This document shows, piece by piece, positions 18,476-28,046 of a stretch of DNA of 64,000 nt. This DNA comes from Oscillospiraceae bacterium (GTDB taxonomy: Bacteria > Bacillota > Clostridia > Oscillospirales > Oscillospiraceae), in assembly GCA_020025675.1 (NCBI GenBank), contig JAHHRS010000001.1:4812-68811 (forward strand), given 5' to 3'. The translations under genes and the position numbers were made by a program. Numbering within the stretch: position 1 is the stretch's first letter; every line of letters starts with the position of its first letter. The notes beneath the pieces are model-generated. The model was not told where the DNA came from, ran no database searches, and worked only from the letters and a program-made list of their open reading frames with translations.

Positions 18476-19594
18476 CTATATATACTTTTTGAAGCTGTAA
18501 AGGCTTTCAATAAGGCCCTCAGCAGGAGAAAAGCCTCTGCCCCAGCGTTTGAGCCAAAGCCCTGAAAGTCCGTATTCTTCACATAGACTTAACTTTGCCT
18601 TTATGCTTCTTATATCCTCATAGCATACTCTGTGCTTTGTGCGTGCAAGGTCTAAATACGAAAATGATGGAAAAAACTCATGGGGCATAAATTTTACCTC
18701 AGAACCCATTGCGGCAGATAGATTTTGAGCCCGTGTATTGCTTATAGGCGAGGCTTCGGAACCATACCGCCATGGAAGAGACCAGTCAAGGCCGGTGCCT
18801 GAAATACACAGTAACAGTTTTTTGGAGGAAACATTATTTAATACAGTTTCCACAGTTTTCCTTACACGGCTCAACGGTGCTATCGCTCCGGGAGGATTCA
18901 TGATTCCGGAATAATCATATGCCAAAAGCGTCAGCCTGTCAGCGCATTTACCGGCACATTCAGCGGCTTCGGAAGAAAGGGGGTCAAATTCCGGCGGAAC
19001 AAGGGCACAGACAAAATATAAGCCTTTCCTGTGACAGAGGGCGGAACATTTTTCTATAAAGCAACAGTAATTTTCAGTATCGAAGGGGAAAAGACAGCAA
19101 AACTCCAAGTAAAGCCCTTTTGAACCGCTCTCAGATATGGCGGAAATTAGAAGCTGACAGAGTTTTTCCTGTGACTGCATATCCTTTAGCGCAAAGTGTG
19201 CAAGTTCGCCTGAATAACTATTGCGCGGGCAAAGGTTATACAGACCTAAAAGGGGAATGGCTCCCAGATTTAAAGCTTCATCTGTATAACTTCTGGGACT
19301 TCCTTCCATGGTAATGCCGCCGTCGGGAGAGAGATGCGCGCAGTGGGGCACAACGAAGCAGAGCTTATTTAAAAGCTCCTTACGCCTAACTGCAGTGGTG
19401 TCATTTCCAAGCTCACCGCACAATTCTATCTCCCGTTCCGGTGACTTACCCTCCGTGGGGATAAAAAGGCTGAGCCCCACAGCGAGTCTTTCGCTTTCCA
19501 GCCCGTTTGCTTCCATTAACTTATCCGCCGGGATGTTGAAGCGCCGGGACAGTGAGCGCAGATTGTCCCCCCGGCGGCAAATATAAATTTCCAT
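18476..19594 (-). CDS. LysM domain protein with GH18-like (SleL/YaaH-like) domain
   Basis: N-terminal LysM (YICRRGDNLRSLSRRFNIPADKLMEANGL). The remainder resembles spore peptidoglycan hydrolase-like GH18 proteins, but I could not see a clear DxxDxDxE motif. I prefer the start at 19594 (GGAGG RBS). Confidence 0.55.
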   Translation of the reverse strand: MEIYICRRGDNLRSLSRRFNIPADKLMEANGLESERLAVGLSLFIPTEGKSPEREIELCGELGNDTTAVRRKELLNKLCFVVPHCAHLSPDGGITMEGSPRSYTDEALNLGAIPLLGLYNLCPRNSYSGELAHFALKDMQSQEKLCQLLISAISESGSKGLYLEFCCLFPFDTENYCCFIEKCSALCHRKGLYFVCALVPPEFDPLSSEAAECAGKCADRLTLLAYDYSGIMNPPGAIAPLSRVRKTVETVLNNVSSKKLLLCISGTGLDWSLPWRYGSEASPISNTRAQNLSAAMGSEVKFMPHEFFPSFSYLDLARTKHRVCYEDIRSIKAKLSLCEEYGLSGLWLKRWGRGFSPAEGLIESLYSFKKYI

Positions 19595-19713
19595 GTACAG
19601 CGCCTCCAATATATGATGTATTATTTATATTCAGCAAGCCTTCCGTACTTGCGGCAAAAAACATGATATGATATAATTAACTCAAATTTTTAAAAAACGG
19701 AGGAATTGTTTTT

Positions 19714-21510
19714 ATGGAAAATACTCTGCTTAAGCGCAGTGAAGTCCCCGAAGAATTTACATGGAAGCTTTCTGATATATTTCCCAGCGATGAAGCATGG
19801 GAGGAAGAAAATGAAGCTTTAAAGCTTATGCCGGAAAAGCTGACTGCCTATCAGGGCAAGCTTGGCGAAAGCGCTGAAAACCTGCTTGGATTTTTTAAGC
19901 TGCAGGATGAGCTTGAGGTCCGTATTTCAAAGCTTTTCGGTTATGCTAACTGCAAAGGCGATCAGGACACCGGCAACAGTTTTTACCAGGCAATGAAGGG
20001 AAAGGCCATGAGTACCTATGTTGCAATTTCCAGCGCGTCTGCCTTTGCAACACCTGAAATAATGAATATTGAAGAGGATAAGCTTAATCTTTTCTATACC
20101 GCTCAGCCGGGTCTTGAGGAGTACAGAAGAAGCCTTTACCAGATTCGCCGCAGAGCCCAACACGTTCTCTCACCTGCCGAAGAAAAACTGCTTGCAGCTG
20201 CCGGAGAAATGGCAGATTCTCCCGATAAAATATACGGAGTATTTTCAAACGCCGATCTTAAATTCCCCAATGTTAAGGACAGCAGCGGAGAAGAGCACCG
20301 GCTCACCGACGTATCTTTTGTTCCCCTTCTTGAAAATGCTGACAGAGTTCTTCGTGAAAATACATTCAACACCTATTATGAAACTCTGGGACAGTTTAAA
20401 AATACTGCCGCAGCTCTGCTTGACGCTCAGTTCAAAAAGCTGAACTTTTTTGCCGGGGCAAGAAACTACCCCGGAACCCTTGCCGCATCTCTGGATGCCA
20501 CAGAAGTACCTACCGAGGTTTACCTGAATCTCATTCAGGCTGTTCACGGTAATCTTGATAAGATGTATAAGTATGTTTCTCTCCGCAAAAGGCTGCTGGG
20601 TGTGTCCGAGCTTCACATGTATGACGTTTACACTCCCATTGTTGCCGATGCAGCAGAGAAAATAAGCTATGAAGAGGCAAAGGAGACCGTTCTTGAGGCT
20701 TTGGCTGTTCTGGGCGAGGATTACACCGACCTTCTGAAACAGGGCTTTAATGAGCGCTGGATTGACGTTTATCCCAACGAGGGAAAGCGCGGCGGCGCCT
20801 ATTCCTCCGGCAGCTCCAGACCTCACCCCTATGTGCTTTTGAATCAGAAGGATACATTGGACAGCATGTTCACCATGGCTCACGAGATGGGTCACGCACT
20901 GCACAGCTACCACAGCTGCAAGTACCAGCCTGTTTCCACCAGTGATTATGTAATATTTGTGGCTGAGGTTGCATCCACCTGCAACGAGGTACTTCTTATG
21001 CGCCACCTGCTCTCCAAGACCACCGATAAGAAGCAGAGAGCCTACCTTATAAACCACTTCTTAGATCAGTTTAAGGCTACTGTATACCGCCAGACCATGT
21101 TTGCTGAGTTTGAGCTTATGATGGGCCAAATGGCAGAGCGGGGTGAGACTCTCACAGCTGAGGTTTTGTGCCGGAAGTACCATGAACTCAATGAGCTTTA
21201 CTATGGACCTGACATGATTTCCGATGACGGGATAGCAATGGAGTGGGCAAGAATTCCTCACTTCTACTATGACTATTATGTTTTTCAGTATGCCACCGGC
21301 TTCTCTGCCGCAGTTGCAATCGCAAATCGTATTCTCAGTGAAGGTGAGAGTGCTGTTAAGGATTACAAGCGCTTCCTTTCCGGCGGAAGCAGCGCCGATC
21401 CTATCTCCCTGCTGAAGCTTGCCGGCGTTGATATGAGCACACCTGAACCTGTTAACTCTGCTCTGAGCCTGTTTGGAGAGTTAATAGACGAATTGGAAAC
21501 TCTAATCTGA
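19714..21510 (+). CDS. pepF: Oligoendopeptidase F (M3B)
   Basis: 598 aa, HEMGH zinc motif, M3B N- and C-terminal regions, GGAGG RBS. Confidence 0.92.
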   Translation: MENTLLKRSEVPEEFTWKLSDIFPSDEAWEEENEALKLMPEKLTAYQGKLGESAENLLGFFKLQDELEVRISKLFGYANCKGDQDTGNSFYQAMKGKAMSTYVAISSASAFATPEIMNIEEDKLNLFYTAQPGLEEYRRSLYQIRRRAQHVLSPAEEKLLAAAGEMADSPDKIYGVFSNADLKFPNVKDSSGEEHRLTDVSFVPLLENADRVLRENTFNTYYETLGQFKNTAAALLDAQFKKLNFFAGARNYPGTLAASLDATEVPTEVYLNLIQAVHGNLDKMYKYVSLRKRLLGVSELHMYDVYTPIVADAAEKISYEEAKETVLEALAVLGEDYTDLLKQGFNERWIDVYPNEGKRGGAYSSGSSRPHPYVLLNQKDTLDSMFTMAHEMGHALHSYHSCKYQPVSTSDYVIFVAEVASTCNEVLLMRHLLSKTTDKKQRAYLINHFLDQFKATVYRQTMFAEFELMMGQMAERGETLTAEVLCRKYHELNELYYGPDMISDDGIAMEWARIPHFYYDYYVFQYATGFSAAVAIANRILSEGESAVKDYKRFLSGGSSADPISLLKLAGVDMSTPEPVNSALSLFGELIDELETLI

Positions 21511-21537
21511 TTTTTGTATAAATTCTTATAATAATAG

Positions 21538-21577
21538 ACCGTTCGGCGGGAAAATTCTTGCCGAACGGTAGTTTTTT
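21538..21577 (+). terminator. Intrinsic terminator after pepF
   Basis: ACCGTTCGGC (21538-21547) / GCCGAACGGT (21560-21569), then AGTTTTTT. Confidence 0.85.
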
Positions 21578-21719
21578 GCGGTATTCTACTCTGAGTAGAG
21601 TCCATTTCTAACAACTCTACCCGTAGAAAAGCAGGGGTATAGTGGGGCAAAACCACAGTAGCTTGCTTTTTTTTACAAAGCATGTTAGAAATATATTGTG
21701 AAAACAAGGAGGCAGAAAT

Positions 21720-22601
21720 ATGAGCTTTGAAATCGTTACGGATACTTCTTCCAATCTTCAAAACAGTGTTGTTGCGGAATACTCAATTAAGAGAATTCCT
21801 TTTTCATACTATGTTGACGGTCAGGAGCAGACCTGCATGGATACCGACAGCTTTGATGCGGAATCATACTATGCCAGAATCAAAAGCGGGGTAAAGGTCA
21901 CCACCTCACAGGTAACGCCTCAACGATTTGTGGAAAACTTTGAACCGATCCTGAAGGACGGAAGAGATATTCTGTTTGTCAGCATGTCGTCTGGTATCAG
22001 CGGTTCCTGCTCTTCTGCCGGTATTGCCGCAAATCAGCTTAAAGAGGAGTTCCCAGACAGAAAGATAGAGATAGTTGACACAATGGCGGCTTCCTTGGGT
22101 GAGGGGCTTGTTGCCGTGGAAGGAGCAAAGCTCCGTGACAGCGGCATGAGTATAGAGGAGGCTGCACAGCGGCTTAGAGACATGGCTGTGAAAATGTGTC
22201 AGGTATTCACTGTTGATGACCTTATGCACCTGCGCCGTGGCGGCAGACTTTCAAATCTCTCTGCCATAGTTGGTACGGTGCTCCAGATAAAGCCTTTATT
22301 AAAAGGAAACTCAGAGGGAAAAATAGTTGCGTTTCATAAGCTGCGCGGCAGAAAACGTGCCATTGAAGCGCTGGCCGACAGATATGATAAATTTGCAGTA
22401 GAGCCGGAAAAGCAAACTGTGGGCATAGCCCATTCTGCGTGCAAAAAGGATGCAGATTATTTAGCGGAGCTTATAAAGAAAAATAATCCGCCTAAAGAAA
22501 TAATGATGGTTGACTATGAGCCCGTCACCGGCTCCCATGTCGGCCCCGGTGCTCTGGCACTGTTCTTCCTCGGAGATGAGAACGTGAGAGAAGAAAACTG
22601 A
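21720..22601 (+). CDS. DegV family fatty-acid-binding protein (paralogue 2)
   Basis: EIVTDTSSN start, TSQ motif, GSHVGPG near the C-terminus, AAGGAGG RBS. Confidence 0.9.
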   Translation: MSFEIVTDTSSNLQNSVVAEYSIKRIPFSYYVDGQEQTCMDTDSFDAESYYARIKSGVKVTTSQVTPQRFVENFEPILKDGRDILFVSMSSGISGSCSSAGIAANQLKEEFPDRKIEIVDTMAASLGEGLVAVEGAKLRDSGMSIEEAAQRLRDMAVKMCQVFTVDDLMHLRRGGRLSNLSAIVGTVLQIKPLLKGNSEGKIVAFHKLRGRKRAIEALADRYDKFAVEPEKQTVGIAHSACKKDADYLAELIKKNNPPKEIMMVDYEPVTGSHVGPGALALFFLGDENVREEN

Positions 22602-22620
22602 ATATAGCCAAAAGCTCCCT

Positions 22621-22656
22621 TCCGTTCGGAAGGGAGCTTCATCTTTATAATAATTC
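22621..22656. terminator. Bidirectional terminator between convergent genes
   Basis: AAGCTCCCTTCCG / CGGAAGGGAGCTT hairpin, flanked by A-rich sequence on one side and T-rich sequence on the other. Confidence 0.75.
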
Positions 22657-22663
22657 AGTAAAA

Positions 22664-23542
22664 TTAGTATATATCCTCAACAACTCTGGTAGGCGGTGTT
22701 TCGAGAATTTCAGGGTGCTGGAACATAACTCTGAAAGCCTGAAGAAGCTGAGCGTAATAATGACCGTCAATTGTTCCCTCATCCAGAACCATTTTGCAGT
22801 CCACATATTTTTTATCTACCATTTCGCCTTTGCGGTTAAGCTCATAAACATGGCGCTTTGCTCCGAAAGATATAAACACCGGCAGGGTGCCGAAGTTATA
22901 TATGTGGTGATAAACAGGGCCTATACGGAGAGAACCCAAGTCGGTTATAATCATAGAACCGTGAAAAGGGCTTATCTTCATTGCAGACTCAGGAAGCCAG
23001 CCATAGTAGTCCATCACTCTTAGTATAGATATGGCGAAGCGAAGGATAAAACGGGGAAGATGACTTGCCATTTCAGCAAATTCCTCTGTACCATTACCTT
23101 CCTCAGAGGCCTTTATCTCTGAAATTTTTTCGTTCATTTTCCGATAAACATCAAAAATCGTATCAGTAGGCTCAAATTCCACCTTAATTGTTGTCTCCGG
23201 GGAATTGGTATTCATATCACGGCGGACAGCCATGACTATCTCAATGTTGTTTCTTGCGTATACCCTGCGGCCTACAACGAAGCGGTTAAGACCGGGCATC
23301 ATGGAAATTGCTCTTACATAGGCAGCAATAAGAAAATGCAGGACGCTTATACCTTTATAACCATCAACTCGAAGCTTTCTCAAACGTCTGTCCAAGACTG
23401 AGATTTCAAAACTTTCCTCATATTGGTTGCTGCGGTCATTTCTGCTTGGCATTATGTAAGGAATAAATTTGTAGAACGGAGGCAGGGAACGGATAAGCCG
23501 TCCTTCTTTCCTATCTCCGAAACGTCTTTTGTTTTTACTCAT
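22664..23542 (-). CDS. Stand-alone 2-oxoacid dehydrogenase acyltransferase (E2 catalytic domain / CAT-fold)-like protein
   Basis: 292 aa, with no lipoyl or E3-binding domains. The C-terminal motif DEGTIDGHYY aligns to the E2 DHRxxDG motif. GGGAGG RBS. Confidence 0.65.
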   Translation of the reverse strand: MSKNKRRFGDRKEGRLIRSLPPFYKFIPYIMPSRNDRSNQYEESFEISVLDRRLRKLRVDGYKGISVLHFLIAAYVRAISMMPGLNRFVVGRRVYARNNIEIVMAVRRDMNTNSPETTIKVEFEPTDTIFDVYRKMNEKISEIKASEEGNGTEEFAEMASHLPRFILRFAISILRVMDYYGWLPESAMKISPFHGSMIITDLGSLRIGPVYHHIYNFGTLPVFISFGAKRHVYELNRKGEMVDKKYVDCKMVLDEGTIDGHYYAQLLQAFRVMFQHPEILETPPTRVVEDIY

Positions 23543-23767
23543 GTTTTTTCCTCCCGGAAAATTTTTGTAGGAGTCTCAAATAACAATATTATACAGAAAT
23601 AAAATGTATATTACAAGCGTAGATAAGGAAAAAACAGTAATATTTGTTCAAAATAATTAAATATAATATTATTATTTATAAAATGGAGGGAATAAAACAG
23701 CATTTTGCATTAAATGACAGCTAAGATAAAGCACATTTTTTTACCGATGCAAGAAAATATTATCTTC

Positions 23768-24778
23768 TTATAAAGTGTTTTTAAGATCTTTTTTTATGAG
23801 CCTTATATCCTCGCCGGCAAAAGTCAGGCGAACAAATTCACCGTTTATTCGTGAGAAAATCTGGGGGCTGTACTTCTTTTGAAGGTCTTCAGGCTCAAGG
23901 TTTGTGCTGATAATCATTGGCTTTCCCTGACTTAGACGGGTATTTATTAAGGTATAAAGCGCATTGACCGTAACTGCTGTAACAAGTTCGGTCCCCAAGT
24001 CGTCCAAAATCATAAGGTCGCATGAGAGCATACGGCTTACATGCTCTTCGGCTTTTTCTGCATCTTCAGACTCTTTGGCAAATTTCCTCTTTTCAAATGC
24101 CTCCATAGCGGTGGAGGCAGTGTCATAGCACACGGAGTAGGCTTTTTCTGCCACTACTCTTGCAACACAGGCAGAAAGATAGGTTTTGCCCAGACCGGTG
24201 CCGCCTTTTAACAGAAGGCTGGACTGGACATTTGGAAAACTATCTGCAAATCTTTTGCAGCATTCATAAACTATACTCATTGCCTCTCTGGGTATAACAC
24301 CGTTAGGCGGTATAGGCTTGGTTCCGTAGAAATCCAAACGAAAATTTTCAAAACTTTCGTCGCCGTTTTTGAGCAGAACACCTACCTCTTCGGTAAGCTC
24401 TTTATTATAAAGCCGTCTCAGACATTCACAGGGATGACCGCCAACATTGCCTGTATCTCTGCAGACAGGGCAGGAATATATATCATCAAGATAATCATGG
24501 CTGAACCCGTTCTGTGAGAGAAGTTGGGCCTTCCTGTTCTGGAGAGCCAGATTTTCTTCCTTAATTAAATCAATACGTTCTTTTATATTAGAGCCTTTTG
24601 AAATGGTGAGACGTACAAGTTCAGTCATCTGGGAGCGCATTTTTTCGTCTATATACTGGATTTCAGGTATACTGCTGTAAACCCTGCTCAGCCTTCTCTG
24701 GTGCTCGGCCTGATTGTCAGCCCTGACCTGCTGAAGACGCTCTCTTGCTCGTGCCAGAATCTTACCGTCATAGGCCAT
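23768..24778 (-). CDS. DnaI/DnaC-like AAA+ helicase loader (IstB-like ATPase fold)
   Basis: Cys-rich N-terminal region (CPVCRDTGNVGGHPCEC), Walker A GGTGLGKTY and Walker B LMILDDLG. It is adjacent to a DnaD-domain gene. Confidence 0.8.
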   Translation of the reverse strand: MAYDGKILARARERLQQVRADNQAEHQRRLSRVYSSIPEIQYIDEKMRSQMTELVRLTISKGSNIKERIDLIKEENLALQNRKAQLLSQNGFSHDYLDDIYSCPVCRDTGNVGGHPCECLRRLYNKELTEEVGVLLKNGDESFENFRLDFYGTKPIPPNGVIPREAMSIVYECCKRFADSFPNVQSSLLLKGGTGLGKTYLSACVARVVAEKAYSVCYDTASTAMEAFEKRKFAKESEDAEKAEEHVSRMLSCDLMILDDLGTELVTAVTVNALYTLINTRLSQGKPMIISTNLEPEDLQKKYSPQIFSRINGEFVRLTFAGEDIRLIKKDLKNTL

Positions 24779-24795
24779 TAAAATCCCTCCTCACA

Positions 24796-25767
24796 TCAAA
24801 TCTTTTTAAGTGCGTTACGGAGCTCCTCCATATCGGAGTTACTTATGCCGCTGCTTTGAACAACAGGGGCAGTTTTTTGAACGCTGCGTCTGGGCGCATC
24901 GTTTACCTCTATCTGTGCGGCGGAAATAAGTCCGGCATTGTGCCAGTTTTTCATTATTGCATCCATGTATGGCCATTTGAGAGAACCGGTGCCGGTAACT
25001 GTTCTGTCGTAGGCAATTGCTATGGCCTCGTCATCAAAGCCCATATCCAGCCATGAATTTATGTACTTTATTTCGGAAGAACTTAAATTTCTGTCGTTTA
25101 TGCCCAGAATGGGTTTTATTTTTCCGATTCTTGAGCGACGTTCACGCTGAGTTTTTATATGTTCCTCAGCCTGTTCAAAACTTAATATTTCAAGCCTTGC
25201 CCAGTGAAATGCCTCCTTTTCTATGGCTCTCACTGACGGGCGGCGGCTTGTCCCGTATTTTTCCATATAAATTTCGCCGCAATAATTTAAAAGCTCCATT
25301 ATTACCTCAGGAGGCAGGGAAAGATAATCATACACTCTGAAGAGCATTTTCATATCACTGCCGCTGAGGGAATGCCCAACTACCTTGGCACATTCAGCCA
25401 AAAGCCCGGAAAATACTCCGTCTTCTTTTGAACGAAGGGAAATCTCAGCAGAGGTGTATTCAGGAAGTTCAGTATCAGGCACCCCGTCATCCACAGTTTT
25501 AACCGGTGGGGTATTTTGAGGCGCAGGACTCGGCGCACCGGATGATTTACGGGAGCTGCCGGGAAGAAGCTCAAGCCGACGAAGCTTTTCTTCTGCGGCG
25601 GTAATTTCTGCCATAGTGCGGCATAAGGTGACGGCTGCATCCTCCGGGTCAAGTTCCCCCTTTTTGAGATAGTAGAGGTATAAAAGCGCCATGTCTCCGT
25701 CGTGGGCGGAAATTATTTTGTCCAACGCGGGCAGGAATATGGAATTATCTGTGCTGTTTTCCCACAT
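24796..25767 (-). CDS. DnaD/DnaB_2 domain replication initiation/restart protein
   Basis: C-terminal DnaD-type domain (INSWLDMGFDDEAIAIAYDRTV ... WPYMDAIMKNWHNAGL). It lies upstream of the loader ATPase, as with dnaB-dnaI in Bacillus. Confidence 0.7.
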   Translation of the reverse strand: MWENSTDNSIFLPALDKIISAHDGDMALLYLYYLKKGELDPEDAAVTLCRTMAEITAAEEKLRRLELLPGSSRKSSGAPSPAPQNTPPVKTVDDGVPDTELPEYTSAEISLRSKEDGVFSGLLAECAKVVGHSLSGSDMKMLFRVYDYLSLPPEVIMELLNYCGEIYMEKYGTSRRPSVRAIEKEAFHWARLEILSFEQAEEHIKTQRERRSRIGKIKPILGINDRNLSSSEIKYINSWLDMGFDDEAIAIAYDRTVTGTGSLKWPYMDAIMKNWHNAGLISAAQIEVNDAPRRSVQKTAPVVQSSGISNSDMEELRNALKKI

Positions 25768-25837
25768 ATTTCTAAGTACCTTTTGAATAATTTACAATTT
25801 GTTTCTGACAGATTTATATTATAACATTAAAATAAGC

Positions 25838-25867
25838 TTGTCGCAATAGCCAGATGTGTGCTATAAT
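25838..25867 (+). promoter_or_regulatory. Candidate promoter of U32 peptidase gene
   Basis: TTGTCG (25838-25843), 18-nt spacer, extended -10 TGcTATAAT (TATAAT at 25862-25867). Confidence 0.5.
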
Positions 25868-25924
25868 TACCCTGTATCATAGCGTAAATTGATATTTATA
25901 TAAAAACGCAGAGGAGCGCAGAGA

Positions 25925-28009
25925 ATGATAGAGCTACTCTCGCCCGCGGGTTCCCCGGAGGCGGTCATTGCAGCCGTACAAAACGGGGCAGACGCCGTAT
26001 ATATGGGCATGGAAGATTTTAACGCCCGCCGTGGCGCTAAGAATTTTACAAACGAAGAATTTATGAAGGCTGTTCGCTACTGCCGAATAAGAGGCTGCAA
26101 GGTATACGTTACGTTGAACACGCTTGTGAACGACAGGGAAATGGAGGCAGCTGTAAACGCCGCAAGAATTGCGTCTCAGGCGGGAGCAGACGGCATTATA
26201 ATTCAGGATTTAGGACTTGTGAGAGCCATAAGAAAGGCTCTTCCGGACATTCCTCTCCACGCAAGCACTCAGATGAGTATTCACAATCTTGCCGGTGTTG
26301 AAGCAGCGGCCGAAATGGGCCTTACAAGAGCTGTCTTGGCAAGAGAGCTGAGTCTTGAACAGATAAGATTTATTTCTAAAAACGCATCAATAGAGACAGA
26401 AGTGTTTGTCCACGGTGCTTTATGCTTCTGCCATTCGGGTCAGTGCTATATGTCAAGTCTTATCGGCCGCCGCAGTGGAAACAGGGGCATGTGTGCACAG
26501 CCCTGTCGTATGCAGTACAGTCTGGGCGGCAGAATGGACGATTATCCTCTTTCATTAAAAGATAACTGTCTTGTTGACAGACTTAAAGAGTTAGAAGAGG
26601 CAGGCGTTAGCTGTATTAAGATAGAGGGCAGAATGAAACGCCCCGAATACAGCGGCATTGTTACAGGAATATATTCCAAAGCCCTTAAAGAGCATCGACA
26701 GCCAACTCCGGAGGAGATGGAAATGTTAGAAAAGGTCTTTTCCAGACAGGGCTTTACTCAGGGGTATTTTGACGGAGACAAGCAGGATATGTTCGGTGTC
26801 CGCGGAGAGCCTGACAAGGACTCGGACAAAATTTTCGCCGCCGCCAGAAAGGCCTATGCGGAAGGTGAGCTTAGGAGAGTTCCGGTTCACTTCTATACAG
26901 TTGCCGAAAAAGGCGAAAAAATAAAGGCTATTGCTTTTGATAATGACGGAAACAAGGCCGTGGCTTATGGGCCTGTACCGGAGAAGGCCAGACGTCAGGG
27001 AATTACAGAGGCTTATCTTACCGAGCAGATGTTTAAAACCGGCGGTACGCCGTATAACTGCGTGGAAAATAAGGCAAAGGCAGACCCGGGACTTTTCCTA
27101 CCCGCATCGGAGATAAATGAGCTCAGAAGAAAGCTTGTGTCTGAAATTTCCGAGAGAAGAGCAGTACCTCCGGTAAGGCATAATTACAAAATGCCTCCTA
27201 TGCCGGTAAATGTTCCTGCTATTTCCGACCCTGCCGTTATTTTCCAAGTCAGAACCGAGGAACAGCTCACCCCTGAGCTTGCGGAGCTGAAGCCCGATTA
27301 TATTTATGCACCGGCGCTTGTAATGTCAGAGCACTTTGAGCTTATGCGGCCCTTCATTGATAACGGAGCAAGACCGGTTGCGGTTTTGCCCAGAATAATA
27401 ACTGACAATCAGGCAAAAGAGGTTTTTTCCTCGCTTCAAAAGCTTTTTGATTTCGGTGTAAATGAGGCTCTTGTAGGAAATCTGGGTCATGCCTTCATGG
27501 TTTCAGCCGCAGGAATGAAGCTGAGAGGAGATTTCGGTCTTAATACCTTTAACTCATGGAGTCTTGAAACGCTTAAAGAAGCGGGCTTTTTATCAGCTAC
27601 TGCATCATTTGAGCTGCGGCTTTCCCAGATAAAATCTCTGGCAAAACCTCTGGATACTGAATTGATAGTATACGGTCGTTTGCCTCTTATGGTGTCGGAT
27701 CAGTGCATAATGCACGAGAGCGCCGGACGCTGTAACTGTCACACTCCCGGTCAGCTTTCGGACCGTATGGGGAATATTTTCCCCGTAGTAAAGGAATTCG
27801 GATGCCGCAACGTTATTTATAATGCCCACAAGCTGTACCTTGCAGATAAAAAAGAAGACTTATATTCTGCGGGGCTTTGGGGACTTCGGCTGATGTTTAC
27901 TACCGAGAGCCCCAGAGAATGCGTGGAGGTAGCCAAGGGCTATTTGGGCATTTCAGACTATAAGCCAAATGTTCTCACCAGAGGGCTTTATTACAGGGGC
28001 GTTGACTAA
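25925..28009 (+). CDS. U32 family peptidase-like protein (two U32-like halves)
   Basis: N-terminal ELLSPAG start and the U32 signature EVFVHGALCFCHSGQCYMSS. The second half (about aa 430-690) repeats the fold with a degenerate signature ELIVYGRLPLMVSDQCIM. Confidence 0.85.
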   Translation: MIELLSPAGSPEAVIAAVQNGADAVYMGMEDFNARRGAKNFTNEEFMKAVRYCRIRGCKVYVTLNTLVNDREMEAAVNAARIASQAGADGIIIQDLGLVRAIRKALPDIPLHASTQMSIHNLAGVEAAAEMGLTRAVLARELSLEQIRFISKNASIETEVFVHGALCFCHSGQCYMSSLIGRRSGNRGMCAQPCRMQYSLGGRMDDYPLSLKDNCLVDRLKELEEAGVSCIKIEGRMKRPEYSGIVTGIYSKALKEHRQPTPEEMEMLEKVFSRQGFTQGYFDGDKQDMFGVRGEPDKDSDKIFAAARKAYAEGELRRVPVHFYTVAEKGEKIKAIAFDNDGNKAVAYGPVPEKARRQGITEAYLTEQMFKTGGTPYNCVENKAKADPGLFLPASEINELRRKLVSEISERRAVPPVRHNYKMPPMPVNVPAISDPAVIFQVRTEEQLTPELAELKPDYIYAPALVMSEHFELMRPFIDNGARPVAVLPRIITDNQAKEVFSSLQKLFDFGVNEALVGNLGHAFMVSAAGMKLRGDFGLNTFNSWSLETLKEAGFLSATASFELRLSQIKSLAKPLDTELIVYGRLPLMVSDQCIMHESAGRCNCHTPGQLSDRMGNIFPVVKEFGCRNVIYNAHKLYLADKKEDLYSAGLWGLRLMFTTESPRECVEVAKGYLGISDYKPNVLTRGLYYRGVD

Positions 28010-28046
28010 AACCACGCCGCAGCACAGGCGGCTGAATGGAGATACA

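Noticed and set aside
20245-21057. Long antisense ORFs opposite well-supported genes: 20245-21057 (270 aa, opposite pepF), 31167-32048 (293 aa, opposite PBP2), 34813-35721 (302 aa, opposite aspS), 39179-39811 (210 aa, opposite cinA), 60985-61908 (307 aa, opposite ftsH).
   Set aside because: Each lies entirely inside a conserved, motif-bearing gene on the other strand. None has a recognisable domain or RBS, and all have odd Cys/His/Val/Leu-rich composition. They are typical shadow ORFs produced by the codon bias of the real gene.
23768-24778. An IstB-like AAA+ ATPase that could indicate an IS21-type mobile element.
   Set aside because: There is no IstA transposase and no terminal inverted repeats. 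The gene is paired with a DnaD-domain gene and has a zinc-binding N-terminus, which fits the chromosomal DnaD/DnaI-type helicase-loading pair.
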